Positions 1-9,177 of a DNA stretch of 64,000 nucleotides are shown here, one piece after another. The stretch's first letter is position 1, and each line of letters opens with the position of its first letter. The position numbers and the translations under genes are program-made. A model generated the notes under the pieces. The model had not been told where the DNA came from. It did not search any database and saw only the letters and a program-made list of their open reading frames with translations. This DNA is from Verrucomicrobiaceae bacterium (lineage in GTDB: Bacteria > Verrucomicrobiota > Verrucomicrobiia > Verrucomicrobiales > V1-33), in NCBI GenBank assembly GCA_027483175.1, contig JAIXVE010000058.1, forward strand, positions 7,710 to 71,709, given 5' to 3'.

Positions 1-188
1 TCGACGAGCATGAGGGTGGTGCCGCCGACGAGGCCGAGGGCGCACCAGATGCCCTGGCGGCGGAGAGCGTACCACGTGTCGTGACGCGTTTCTGCGCTGA
101 AGCCTGCGGTACTCAGCTGCATGATGAAGCCGAGGACGGTGAGGAGGATGACGCAGGCGAGGAGGACGAACGGGGCGCGGCGGGACAC
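1..188 (-). CDS. ftsW: SEDS-family cell division protein FtsW/RodA-like, N-terminal fragment running off the left edge
   Basis: Hand translation of the minus strand from GTG at 188 gives VSRRAPFVLLACVILLTVLGFIMQLSTAGFSAETRHDTWYALRRQGIWCALGLVGG. This is a first TM helix plus the RQ..W region typical of FtsW N-termini. It lies at the distal end of the dcw cluster. It is absent from the ORF track because it is open-ended. Confidence 0.6.
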   Translation of the reverse strand, partial: MSRRAPFVLLACVILLTVLGFIMQLSTAGFSAETRHDTWYALRRQGIWCALGLVGGTTLMLV

Positions 189-208
189 GGTGGAGCGGTG
201 CTAGGGTT

Positions 209-1402
209 TCAGCGGCGGACGGGGATCTTGAGTTGTTCGCCGGGGCGGATGACGCTGGAGTCGCTGAGCCCGTTGAGGCGCATGATTTCGCCGGCTGGGA
301 AGCCGTAGCGGCGGGCGACATTGTAGACGGTGTCGCCGCGGACGACGACGTGGGTGCGCTGGCCTGCGGATCTGGCGGGCGTTTCCGCTTTGGGTTTGGT
401 GGCGACGGCGGAGTCGGCGTCGGATTTTTTGGTAGAGGGTTTTGGTGAGGATTTGACGGGAACGGGAGCTTCCTTTGGTTCCGCGGGTTCTGTGCGGACG
501 GATTTTGGTTTGGTGGCCGGGGCGGCCTTGACGACGACGGCGGGTTGTTTCTGGGCGGCCGGTTTCGTGGATGGTTTGGAGGAAGGTTGAGCGGCTGGGG
601 TGACGCGGCGGCCTTTTTCCTGGACCCATGTGTCTGGCTGGCGGGAGGCGACGGCGGTGGGGTCCGGTTCGGCTGGCTGGGCGTGTTCGACTGGCTCGTC
701 CTCCTGAGCGATGGAGTCGGCCGGGTCGGCGGCGGGGTTGGCGGCAGGGGCGGGTGATGGGTCGAAGGGAGCGGTGCGCTGGCTGAGTTTAGCGGCGGGG
801 TCGGCGGTGGAACCGATGACGTGCGGGGCGTCCGGGATGAGGATGCGGGTGCCGGCTTCCCATGAGGCGTCCGGGTTGGCGGCTTCGAGTTGTTCGACGC
901 TGCGTTCGTAGCGGGAGGAGACGAGGAACCGGGTTTCGCCTGGTTGGAGCGTGTGGAAGCTGCCTGGGGTGGAGGCGGCTGGGGCGGCTTCGGGTTCGGA
1001 GACTTCGTCTTCCGGGACGACTTCGGCGCGCGGGATGGGTGGTTCGGCACCTGCGAGGGAGGCGGGGGCACCTTGTCTGGGGAGAGTGGCGAGCTGGGCG
1101 GCGGGTGGCGCGGCGGCGGCGTCCGGGGAGTTAGGGTCGTGGGTGACAGCGCCGGAGTTTTCGCTATCGCGGCCCCACGTATGGAAGGCGAAGAGCCCGC
1201 CGACGGCGACGAGGTGGAGTGCGAGCATGACGACGAAGGCGCGTGACATGCGGATCTGGGGGACCTCGACTTCCCAGTCGTCGGAGGTGCTCATGTGAGC
1301 CGGGAGGCGGTGGGTCCTGCCGAAGCGTTCGGTGATGGCGCCGAAGACGTTTTTGCTGCGGCGGCGGAGAGGCCGGGATTTTTGATCTGGCGGAGTTCTC
1401 AT
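209..1402 (-). CDS. LysM-domain peptidoglycan-binding membrane protein
   Basis: 397-aa ORF with an N-terminal TM helix (AFVVMLALHLVAVGGLFAF) and long Ala/Pro-rich linkers. Two LysM-like segments are present: HTLQPGETRFLVSSRYERSVEQLEAANP...ILIP and HVVVRGDTVYNVARRYGFPAGEIMRLNGL...LKIP. The ATG at 1402 overlaps the murD stop (ATGA). Confidence 0.8.
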   Translation of the reverse strand: MRTPPDQKSRPLRRRSKNVFGAITERFGRTHRLPAHMSTSDDWEVEVPQIRMSRAFVVMLALHLVAVGGLFAFHTWGRDSENSGAVTHDPNSPDAAAAPPAAQLATLPRQGAPASLAGAEPPIPRAEVVPEDEVSEPEAAPAASTPGSFHTLQPGETRFLVSSRYERSVEQLEAANPDASWEAGTRILIPDAPHVIGSTADPAAKLSQRTAPFDPSPAPAANPAADPADSIAQEDEPVEHAQPAEPDPTAVASRQPDTWVQEKGRRVTPAAQPSSKPSTKPAAQKQPAVVVKAAPATKPKSVRTEPAEPKEAPVPVKSSPKPSTKKSDADSAVATKPKAETPARSAGQRTHVVVRGDTVYNVARRYGFPAGEIMRLNGLSDSSVIRPGEQLKIPVRR

Positions 1403-2739
1403 GGTGTGATCAGCTGGTTGACGGATTGGATGAAGGAGTCGCCGCGGTGGTCGTAGCCTGTGAACATGTCGAAGGACGACGTGCCTGGGGCGAAGAGGAC
1501 GGATTGGCCAGGGGAGGCGGCGGCGAGGGCGGCGCGGACGGCGTCGTCGAGGGAGGAGCAGACGGTGCAGGGGACGGCGTGGCCCCAGAGGGCGGCGAGG
1601 CGGGGGCCGATTTCGCCGATGGTGAAGACGGCGGTGGTTTTGGCGGCGATGAGCTGAGTGACGGGGAGATAGTCGAGGCCTTTTTCCTTACCGCCGGCGA
1701 TGAGGACGACCTTATCGTCCATGCCGCGGAGAGCGGATTCCATGGCGTGGACGTTAGTAGCTTTGGAGTCGTTGATGAAGTCGACTCCGTTGACGGAGCC
1801 GGCGGGTTCGCAGCGGTGGCGAGGGGCGGGGATGGACTTGAGGGAGTCGGCCAGGGCGGGGATGGGGATGCCCCATGCGTGGCAGGCGGCCATGGCGGCC
1901 ATGAGGTTTTCGGCGTTGTGGCGGCCGCGGAGCCGTGTGTCGCGCATGGCGAGGACGGGTTGGCCGTGGCGGAGGATGGTGCCGTCGGCGAGGGACCAGT
2001 CGGCGTTCTGGTCCCATGCGGAGAAGGTGATTTTCCGGGCGGGGAAGTCTGGATAGGATTCCGCGGCGTTGACGACGGCGAAGTCTTCCGGGGAGAGGTT
2101 TTCGAAGATGCGAGCTTTGGCGCGGTAGTAGGCGTTGAGGTCCGGGTGGCGGTCGAGGTGATCTTCAGCGAAGTTCATCCAGACGGCGACGTGCGGGTGG
2201 AAGGAGTCGATGAGTTCCAGCTGGAAGGAACTGACTTCGAGGGTGAAGACGTCGAGTGGGGTGTCGGCGAGGACGATGCTGGCGAGGGCGGTGCCGAAGT
2301 TGCCGCAGGGGAGTGTGCGGATGCCGGCGGCGGAGAGAGCGGCGGCGGTGAGGGCGGTGGTGGTGGTTTTTCCGTTAGTGCCGGTGATGGCAATGACGGG
2401 GATGGACGACTGCTGGATGGCGAATTCGATTTCGCTGATGGCCTTGGTGCCGGCGTCGATGACGAGCCTTGCGAGAGGCCATGAGGGGTCGATGGCCGGG
2501 CTGAGGATGGCGAGGTCGAAGCGGGTGGGGCAGGCGAGGGCGGCGGGGCCGGTGAGGGCGTGGATGCCTTCGGAAATGAGGGTGGCGGCGGCGGTGGCGG
2601 CAGCGGGGGAGTTGCCGCTGTCGAGAGCGGTGACATCGGCTCCGAGGCGAGCGGCGAGCCTGGCGGCGGCGAGGCCGCTCTGGCCGAGGCCGAGGACGGC
2701 GACGCGCTGACCGCGGTATTTTCCGGAGGCGGGGATCAC
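1399..2739 (-). CDS. murD: UDP-N-acetylmuramoylalanine--D-glutamate ligase
   Basis: 446 aa. N-terminal Rossmann segment VAVLGLGQSGLAAARLAARLGADV and Mur-ligase P-loop ITGTNGKTTT. Position between mraY and the distal dcw genes. Confidence 0.93.
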   Translation of the reverse strand: MIPASGKYRGQRVAVLGLGQSGLAAARLAARLGADVTALDSGNSPAAATAAATLISEGIHALTGPAALACPTRFDLAILSPAIDPSWPLARLVIDAGTKAISEIEFAIQQSSIPVIAITGTNGKTTTTALTAAALSAAGIRTLPCGNFGTALASIVLADTPLDVFTLEVSSFQLELIDSFHPHVAVWMNFAEDHLDRHPDLNAYYRAKARIFENLSPEDFAVVNAAESYPDFPARKITFSAWDQNADWSLADGTILRHGQPVLAMRDTRLRGRHNAENLMAAMAACHAWGIPIPALADSLKSIPAPRHRCEPAGSVNGVDFINDSKATNVHAMESALRGMDDKVVLIAGGKEKGLDYLPVTQLIAAKTTAVFTIGEIGPRLAALWGHAVPCTVCSSLDDAVRAALAAASPGQSVLFAPGTSSFDMFTGYDHRGDSFIQSVNQLITP

Positions 2740-2749
2740 GGTTAGGGGT

Positions 2750-3901
2750 TCAGCGGAGTTTGAGGGTGGCGAGGCCGATGAGGGCGCACATGAGACTGAG
2801 GACCCAGAAGCGGACGATGACCTGACTTTCCTTCCAGCCTTTGAGTTCGAAGTGGTGGTGGATGGGGGTCATGCGGAAGAGGCGGCGGGGTTCGCCGTAG
2901 AGGCGGCGGGAGATTTTGAACCATGCGACCTGGAGCATGACGGAGAGGGCTTCGGCGACGAAGACGAAGCCGACGATGATGAGGAGGATTTCCTGGCGGC
3001 AGCAGATGGCGACAGCGGCGATGCAGCCGCCGATGGCCATGCTGCCGGTATCGCCCATGAAGACGCGTGCGGGGAAGCAGTTGAACCAGAGGAAGCCGAG
3101 GCAGGCGCCGACGAGGCCCATGCAGACGGGGGCGAGTTCGCCGGCGTTCTGGTTATGGTCGATGAGGAGGAATCTGGCGGCGCCGGCGTGGCCGGTGACG
3201 TAGCAGAAGACGGCGTAGGCGAGGCCGACGGAGACGGTGCAGCCGGCGGCGAGGCCGTCGAGGCCATCGGTTAGGTTGACGGCGTTGGAGCAGCCGACGA
3301 TGACGATGGCGAAGAAGAACGGGGTGAAGTAGCCCATGTGTTCGACTTCGAAGAGTTCCTTCTTGATGAAGGGGAGCTGGAGGTGGTCGAAGTAGTCGCG
3401 CTGGCCTGGGAGTTGCCAGAGCGCGTAGCCTGCGGCGAGGCCGACGACCCATTGGACGACGAGTTTGGTGCGGGCGTTGACGCCTTTGGAGTTTTTCTTG
3501 CTGACCTTGAGGTAATCGTCGGCGTAGCCGAGAGCGCCGAGCCCGAGGGTGACCCCGAGGACGACCCAGAGGAAGGGATTGTCCCAGCGGGAGCAGAGGA
3601 GACTGGCGGCGACGAGGGCGCCGATGATGAGGACACCGCCCATGGTGGGGGTGCCGGCCTTTTTGCCGTGGAGTTCGAAGAGCTTGTGGACTTCTTCGGC
3701 GGTGCGGACGGGCTGACCGATTTTGAGGGAGATGAGTTTGCGGATGACGCGGTCGCCGAGGAGGATGCTGAGGGCGAAGGCGGTGATGCAGGCGGCGAGA
3801 CTGCGGAACGTCTGGTACTGGAAGACGTTAGCGAGTTTGGCGGCGAGGTGTTCCGCGGAGCCGGGAGCGGCCTCCATGAACTGGTAGAAGCGGTAGAGCA
3901 T
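2750..3901 (-). CDS. mraY: phospho-N-acetylmuramoyl-pentapeptide transferase
   Basis: 383-aa polytopic membrane protein with MraY signatures NAVNLTDGLDGLAAG, DTGSMAIGG and PIHHHFEL. Confidence 0.95.
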   Translation of the reverse strand: MLYRFYQFMEAAPGSAEHLAAKLANVFQYQTFRSLAACITAFALSILLGDRVIRKLISLKIGQPVRTAEEVHKLFELHGKKAGTPTMGGVLIIGALVAASLLCSRWDNPFLWVVLGVTLGLGALGYADDYLKVSKKNSKGVNARTKLVVQWVVGLAAGYALWQLPGQRDYFDHLQLPFIKKELFEVEHMGYFTPFFFAIVIVGCSNAVNLTDGLDGLAAGCTVSVGLAYAVFCYVTGHAGAARFLLIDHNQNAGELAPVCMGLVGACLGFLWFNCFPARVFMGDTGSMAIGGCIAAVAICCRQEILLIIVGFVFVAEALSVMLQVAWFKISRRLYGEPRRLFRMTPIHHHFELKGWKESQVIVRFWVLSLMCALIGLATLKLR

Positions 3902-3904
3902 AGG

Positions 3905-5281
3905 TCAGGGCGCGGAGAGGGAGTGGAGGACGCGTTCCATGCCTGCGGAACGGCTGCCTTTGAGGAGGATGAGGTCGTCCGGGGAGGCGGACTGGCGGAG
4001 GAGCGCGGCGCAGGATTCGGCGTCGGGGACGAGGTGGACTTGTGAGGGTGAGCCGCCAGCGGCGAGGAAGCCGTCGGCGATGAGGTGGGCGTCGCCGGAG
4101 TTGACGACGATGAGGAGATTGATGCCTGAGGAGTGGGCGGCGGCACCGGTGCGGCGGTGGCCGTCCGGGGAGTGAGGGCCGAGTTCGCCCATGCGGCCGA
4201 GGACGGCGATGCGACGGCCTTTGGTTTCGAGACCGCGGAGGGTTTCGAGGGCGGCGACCATGGAGTCCGGGTTGGCGTTGTAGGAGTCGTCGAGGAAGGA
4301 GAGGCCGGCGACCGAGCGGAGCTGGACGCGACCGGCGGTTAGGGCGACGTTGGCGAGACCGTCGGCGATGGCTTCGGCTGGGATGCCGTGGGACCAGCCG
4401 GCGGCGGCGGCGAGGGCGGCGTTAGCGGCCATGTGGCGGCCGGGGAGGGCGAGGGAGGCGGGGGTGTGCTGACCGTCCGGGAAGTGGAGGTGGAAGCGTG
4501 AGCCTTCTGGAGAGGCGGTGAGGTTTTCGATGCGGATATCGCCGATGCCGATGCCTGCGGTGAGGATGCGGGCGGAGGTGCGGGAGATGATGAAGGGGGT
4601 GAAGTCGTCCGAGGCGTTGAGGATGACGGTGCCGTCCGGGGCGATGGCGGAGGCGAGGGCGCTTTTTTCGAGGGCGATGCCTTCGCGGGAGCCGAGGTGT
4701 TCGATGTGAGCGGTGCCGATGTTGGTGATGATGGCGGTCTGGGGAGCGGCGATGGCGGCGAGGGGGGCGATTTCGCCGTGATGGTTCATGCCCATTTCGA
4801 CGACAGCGGCGGCGTGTTCCGGGTTGATGGCGAGGAGAGTGAGGGGGACGCCGATGTGGTTATTGAGATTGCCTTTGGTGGCGGCGGTGGGGAACTGGCG
4901 TGAGAGGATGGCGCTGGTGATGTCCTTTGTGGACGTTTTGCCATTGCTGCCGGTCAGGCCGGTGATGCGGCCGGCCCAGACCCGGCGCCATGAGGCGGCG
5001 AGCTGCTGAAGAGCGGCTAGGGAATCGTGGGCGAGGATGACGGGGAAGCCGTCGGGGACGTCGACCGGGCGGGAGGCGAGGATAGCGGCGGCCCCGGCCT
5101 TGACGGCGTCGGCGGCGAGGGTGTGGGCGTCGAAGCGTTCACCGGCGAGGGCGACGAAGAGGGCGCCGGGGGGAAGGGAGCGTGTGTCGGTGGAGACGGA
5201 GGAGACGATCGCGTCGGTGGGGCCCGAGCTGAGCGTTCCGCCGGACCATGCGGCGACTGTGGCGGCGTCGATGGGTTTCAT
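3905..5281 (-). CDS. murF: UDP-N-acetylmuramoyl-tripeptide--D-alanyl-D-alanine ligase
   Basis: 458 aa. P-loop GLTGSNGKTSTKD and the DDSYNANPDSM motif. dcw order is murE-murF-mraY. Confidence 0.92.
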   Translation of the reverse strand: MKPIDAATVAAWSGGTLSSGPTDAIVSSVSTDTRSLPPGALFVALAGERFDAHTLAADAVKAGAAAILASRPVDVPDGFPVILAHDSLAALQQLAASWRRVWAGRITGLTGSNGKTSTKDITSAILSRQFPTAATKGNLNNHIGVPLTLLAINPEHAAAVVEMGMNHHGEIAPLAAIAAPQTAIITNIGTAHIEHLGSREGIALEKSALASAIAPDGTVILNASDDFTPFIISRTSARILTAGIGIGDIRIENLTASPEGSRFHLHFPDGQHTPASLALPGRHMAANAALAAAAGWSHGIPAEAIADGLANVALTAGRVQLRSVAGLSFLDDSYNANPDSMVAALETLRGLETKGRRIAVLGRMGELGPHSPDGHRRTGAAAHSSGINLLIVVNSGDAHLIADGFLAAGGSPSQVHLVPDAESCAALLRQSASPDDLILLKGSRSAGMERVLHSLSAP

Positions 5282-6804
5282 CTGTCGTGGTCGCGCTGGG
5301 ATGGGCGTGAGCGGTCGGGCATGACCCAGTTGCGGAGGATGGATTGAGCGACTTTGACGTCGTCGAAGGGGAGCGTGAAGTTGCCGACGATCTGGCCTTG
5401 TTCGTGGCCTTTGCCGGCGATGAGGACGACATCGCCGCCGCCGGGGCGAGCGCCTGCGAGGTCGATGGCGCGGGCGATGGCGGCCTGGCGGTCCGGGATG
5501 ATTTCGCAGCGGTCGCCGCGCATGCCGGCGCGGATCTCTGCGAGGATGGCTTCGGGGTTTTCGGAGCGCGGGTTATCGCTGGTGAGGATGGTGTAGGTGG
5601 AGAGGGATTCGGCGGCTGCGCCCATGAGCGGGCGTTTGGAGCGGTCGCGGTCGCCGCCGCAGCCGAAGACGGTGATGATGCTGCGGGGTTCGAGTTCCTT
5701 GATGGTGCGGAGGGCGTTTTCGAGGGCGTCTGGGGTGTGCGCGTAGTCGACGTAGACGCGGAAGGGTTTGGCGTCGGCGACGCTCTGCATGCGGCCGGGA
5801 ATTTGGGGGGCGCGGAGGATGCTGGTGATGGCTTCGCGGAGATTGAGGTCCATGGACCATGCGGCGGCGAGAGCGCCGAGGACATTGAAGACGTTGAAGC
5901 GGCCGATGTAGGGAGTGCGGACGAGGAATTCGCGGCCGCGGGCGTGGAGAGTGAACTGGGTGCCCTGGATGGAGACGCGGATGGCGGAGGCGCGGAAGTC
6001 GGCCTGGACGCCCATGCCGAATTTGAGGACGGGGAGACGGCCTTCGAGGGAGCGGGCGAGGCGTTTGCCCCATGGGTCGTCGATATTGATGACGGCGGTG
6101 GGTTTTTTGGGGCCGCCCTGGGAGATGAGGTGTTCGAAGAAGGAGGCTTTGGCCATGAAGTAGTCCTCCATGGTGCCGTGGTAGTCGAGGTGGTCCTGGG
6201 TGAGGTTAGTGAAGATGGCGGAGTCGAAGCGGATCCCGTGGACGCGGGATTGGGAGAGGGCGTGGGAGCTGACTTCCATGGCGACGCCCTTGCAGGCGTT
6301 GGCGCGCATTTCGGAGAGGAGACGCTGGAGGGCGATCCAGTCCGGGGTGGTGTGTGAGGAGGGGAGTTGGCCGAGACCGGTGTCGTATTTGACGGTGCCG
6401 AGGAGCCCGCAGCGGCCGCGGGCCTGAGTGACGAGGTGCTGGAGGATGAAAGCGGTCGTGGTTTTTCCGTTAGTGCCGGTGACGCCGGAGACGAGCATGG
6501 CGTCGGAGGGACGGCCGTAGTAGACGTCGGCGGCTTCGGCGACGGCCTTGCGGCTGTCGGGGACCTGGAGCCATGTATCGCGGTAGAGTTCCGGGACATC
6601 CTGTTCGGCCATGATGGCGGAGGCGCCGGCTTCGCGGGCTTTGGAGATGAAGTCGTGGCCGTCGGCTTTTTCGCCGCGGATGGCGGCGAAGAGCGTGCCT
6701 TCGGCGACCTCGCGGGAGTCGACGGAGATGGCGTTGATTTCGCGGTCGAGAGGACCGAAGGTGCTGACGCGCTGGACGCCTTCGAGGATTTCTTTGAGGT
6801 TCAT
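5278..6804 (-). CDS. murE: UDP-N-acetylmuramoyl-L-alanyl-D-glutamate--2,6-diaminopimelate ligase
   Basis: 508 aa. P-loop VTGTNGKTTT, DYAHTPDALENAL, and a DNPR motif (TSDNPRSENP) typical of meso-DAP-adding MurE. It has 4-nt overlaps with both neighbours. Confidence 0.93.
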   Translation of the reverse strand: MNLKEILEGVQRVSTFGPLDREINAISVDSREVAEGTLFAAIRGEKADGHDFISKAREAGASAIMAEQDVPELYRDTWLQVPDSRKAVAEAADVYYGRPSDAMLVSGVTGTNGKTTTAFILQHLVTQARGRCGLLGTVKYDTGLGQLPSSHTTPDWIALQRLLSEMRANACKGVAMEVSSHALSQSRVHGIRFDSAIFTNLTQDHLDYHGTMEDYFMAKASFFEHLISQGGPKKPTAVINIDDPWGKRLARSLEGRLPVLKFGMGVQADFRASAIRVSIQGTQFTLHARGREFLVRTPYIGRFNVFNVLGALAAAWSMDLNLREAITSILRAPQIPGRMQSVADAKPFRVYVDYAHTPDALENALRTIKELEPRSIITVFGCGGDRDRSKRPLMGAAAESLSTYTILTSDNPRSENPEAILAEIRAGMRGDRCEIIPDRQAAIARAIDLAGARPGGGDVVLIAGKGHEQGQIVGNFTLPFDDVKVAQSILRNWVMPDRSRPSQRDHDR

Positions 6805-8819
6805 CTCGATGTTCGCTTTCCTGACATGTTTTTGGTCCGCGGGGCGGAAGGCCCTTTGGGAGAGGGTGGTGCCGTGGTGGCGATGAACTGAGGGGGTACC
6901 TTGTAGTAGTTCATGGCCTTTTCTGCGATGCGGCGGAAGAGGGGGGCGGCGAGGTGGCCGCCGTAGTTTTCTGCTTCGGCGAGTTTGGGTTCGTCGATGA
7001 TGCAGATGCCAGCGAGGCGCGGGCCGGAGGCGGCGCTGATGTAGCCGAGGAAGGAGACGACGCGGCGGTTTTCGTCGTAGCCTGCGGCGGGGTTTTTTTC
7101 GTTGACCTTTTTGGCGGTGCCGGTTTTGCCGCCGATTTCGAAGAGATCGCTGCGTGCGGATTTGGCGGTGCCTTTTTCGACGACGCCGAGGAGCATGCGG
7201 GAGACGTCCTGGGCGACGTTAGGGGGGATGACGGGGCGGCCTTCCGGCGGGTTGATGGGGGCGGTGACGGTGCCTGAGGAATCGGTCCATGCGTCGGCGA
7301 GGGCGAGCGGGCGCCAGATGCCGTTGTTGAGGATGCAGCCGAGCATGGAGCACATCTGTGCCGGGGAGACCTGGCAGGAGTAGCCGTAGGAGACCCGGGA
7401 CATGGTCTGCTGGTTCCATTTGCCGGCGATGGCGCCTTTGCGTTCGAAGGGGAGGGCGATGCCGGTTTTTTCGCTGAGGCCGAAGGCGGTGTAGTACTCG
7501 CGGAAGCGCTGGAGGCCGACGCGGCGGGCGAGCATGTAGGCACCGATGTTGCTGGACTTGGCGAGGATGCCTGCGGGGGTGAGTTCCGGGTAGGAGCCTT
7601 TATCGTTGATGCGGCGGACCTCTTTATCGGAGTACATTTTGTCGCCGTCGGGGTCGACGGGGATGGGTTGGTCCGGGCGGACCTTGCGATCTGCGAGGGC
7701 GGCGGCGGCGGTGGCGATTTTGATCGTGGAGCCTGGCTCGTAGAGGTAGTCCACGAGGTAGTTCATGGACGAGGGAGCGTCGGAGGCCTTTCTGGTGAAG
7801 TCCCTGCCGACGAGGGCGCGGAGGGCCATGGTGGCTGGTTCGAAGAGGACGACGATGACGGCGTCCGGTTTCATGCGGGCGACGCTGAAGGCGTCCGGGC
7901 CGTCTGGGGAGAGGTTATCGATTTCCTGCTGGACGACCTCCTGGAGACCGGTGTCGATGGTGAGGCGGATGGAGCGGCCTTCGGTGGGCTGGGTGGTGGA
8001 GCCGCGGTAGGCGGCGAGTTCGTCGCCGTGGCCGTCGATTTCGACGGTGCGGGAGCCTGGGGAGCCGGTGAGGTCGGAGTGGAAGGTTTTTTCGATGCCG
8101 GAGACCCCGGTGGGAGGGAGGATGGCGTTCGGGTCCTTGGAGGGAGGGACGGCGAAGCGGCCGACGATGAGGTCGACTGGGGTGGGTGAGGGGTAGGTGC
8201 GTTCGAAGTAGTCTTTGATGACGATGCCACCGATGCGGCGGCGGAGTTCCTGATAGCGGCCGAGTTTAGCGGCTTCGAGTTTCTGCCAGACGAGATTGCC
8301 GATGCCGTAGTCGAGGCGTTTTTCGAGGACGACCTCGCCGGAGCGGCGGATGGCGAAGCGGGAGGAGATTTCCGATTCGATTTCTGCGGCTGGGCGGTGG
8401 AGGATTTCTGCGAGGATGGCGGAGACGCGCTGGAGGTAGCGGGAGCGGAGCTGGTCCGGGCTGAGGAGCTTGAGGAGTTTGGAGGAATCGATGTGTTCCG
8501 AGTCTTCGAGGGCGTAGGCGAGGAGACGGGTTTCGCGGAGGAAGCCGAGGTCGAAGACGAGCTGCTGGACGCTTTCGTCGCGGGCGAGGACGACCCCACG
8601 GGCGTCGGTGATGGTGCCGCGGGGGGCGGGGAGTTCGTCGGTGAAGGAGTGTCTGGCGGCGGCCTGGGCGGCGTATTTGGGGGCGGCGGTGGACTGGAGG
8701 TGGACGAGGCGCCATGAGAGGGCGCCGAAGGTGGTGGTGATGGCGGCGGCTAGGAAGACGGCGCGGTGCCTGAGCGGGGCATCGCTGGGTTCGTCTGGAG
8801 CTGGCCGTTGGGAGGGCAT
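6801..8819 (-). CDS. ftsI: class B penicillin-binding protein / peptidoglycan D,D-transpeptidase FtsI
   Basis: Transpeptidase motifs SxxK (EPGSTIKIATAAA), SxN (KSSNIGA) and KTG (GGKTGTAKK), plus an N-terminal TM helix AVFLAAAITTTFGALSWRLV. The start is set at ATG 8819 (MPSQRPAPDEP). The 80 codons upstream in the track ORF are an Arg/Pro-rich shadow overlapping the ftsL-like gene. Confidence 0.9.
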   Translation of the reverse strand: MPSQRPAPDEPSDAPLRHRAVFLAAAITTTFGALSWRLVHLQSTAAPKYAAQAAARHSFTDELPAPRGTITDARGVVLARDESVQQLVFDLGFLRETRLLAYALEDSEHIDSSKLLKLLSPDQLRSRYLQRVSAILAEILHRPAAEIESEISSRFAIRRSGEVVLEKRLDYGIGNLVWQKLEAAKLGRYQELRRRIGGIVIKDYFERTYPSPTPVDLIVGRFAVPPSKDPNAILPPTGVSGIEKTFHSDLTGSPGSRTVEIDGHGDELAAYRGSTTQPTEGRSIRLTIDTGLQEVVQQEIDNLSPDGPDAFSVARMKPDAVIVVLFEPATMALRALVGRDFTRKASDAPSSMNYLVDYLYEPGSTIKIATAAAALADRKVRPDQPIPVDPDGDKMYSDKEVRRINDKGSYPELTPAGILAKSSNIGAYMLARRVGLQRFREYYTAFGLSEKTGIALPFERKGAIAGKWNQQTMSRVSYGYSCQVSPAQMCSMLGCILNNGIWRPLALADAWTDSSGTVTAPINPPEGRPVIPPNVAQDVSRMLLGVVEKGTAKSARSDLFEIGGKTGTAKKVNEKNPAAGYDENRRVVSFLGYISAASGPRLAGICIIDEPKLAEAENYGGHLAAPLFRRIAEKAMNYYKVPPQFIATTAPPSPKGPSAPRTKNMSGKRTSR

Positions 8820-9163
8820 TAGCGGGTGGGGACGGCGCGTCCGGGGACGGCGGCGGAGAGGACCTTGATTTTGCGAGTGGGAGCGGAGACGAGGTCGAGG
8901 CCGAGGTCGGCGACGCGTTTTTTGAGGGTGGCGTCGTTGGAGTCGGTGTCGCGTTTTTTGCGGAGGGCATCGATTTCCTTGTGGAGGATTTCGATGTCGT
9001 GGGTGGCGGTGGCGATGTCGCGGCCGCGGGAGTTTTTGCGATGGACGACCCATGCCCATGCGAAGCCGATGCTGCCGACGATGAAGCAGGCGGCGATGAC
9101 GTTGAAGGTAACGCCGGCGGGGAGGGGTTGCTGACGGGGTTTGGAGCGAGAGGGCCGAGCCAT
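8819..9163 (-). CDS. FtsL-like small bitopic cell division protein
   Basis: About 114 aa from the internal ATG at 9163 (MARPSRSKPRQQPLPAGV). It has a single TM helix (TFNVIAACFIVGSIGFAWAWVV) followed by a coiled-coil-like segment (IEILHKEIDALRKKRD). It lies between rsmH and ftsI, where ftsL normally sits. Its stop overlaps the ftsI ATG. Confidence 0.55.
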   Translation of the reverse strand: MARPSRSKPRQQPLPAGVTFNVIAACFIVGSIGFAWAWVVHRKNSRGRDIATATHDIEILHKEIDALRKKRDTDSNDATLKKRVADLGLDLVSAPTRKIKVLSAAVPGRAVPTR

Positions 9164-9177
9164 GGGAGTGGGAGGGT

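Noticed and set aside
5139-6599. 486-aa minus-strand ORF. Similar very long ORFs occur at 31285-33009, 45827-47161, 47134-48744, 55467-57071, 59589-60548 and 61132-62148 on the minus strand. Gly/Glu/Asp/Val-rich plus-strand ORFs occur at 1426-2484, 5344-6357, 23135-24163 and 29362-30690.
   Set aside because: These are shadow ORFs. They overlap confidently assigned genes in another frame or on the other strand. Their products are low-complexity (Pro/Arg/Ser/Thr/His-rich or Gly/Glu/Asp/Val-rich). That composition is exactly what the high GC content and the strong G/C strand asymmetry produce by chance.
8820-9059. N-terminal 80 codons of the 752-aa ftsI track ORF. The analogous upstream extensions of the ftsL-like, sufU, sufS, rpmI and GHL10 ORFs were also considered.
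   Set aside because: The extensions are Arg/Pro/His-rich shadows overlapping the preceding gene. Internal ATGs give proteins with normal N-termini, and often with 1-4-nt overlaps typical of coupled genes.
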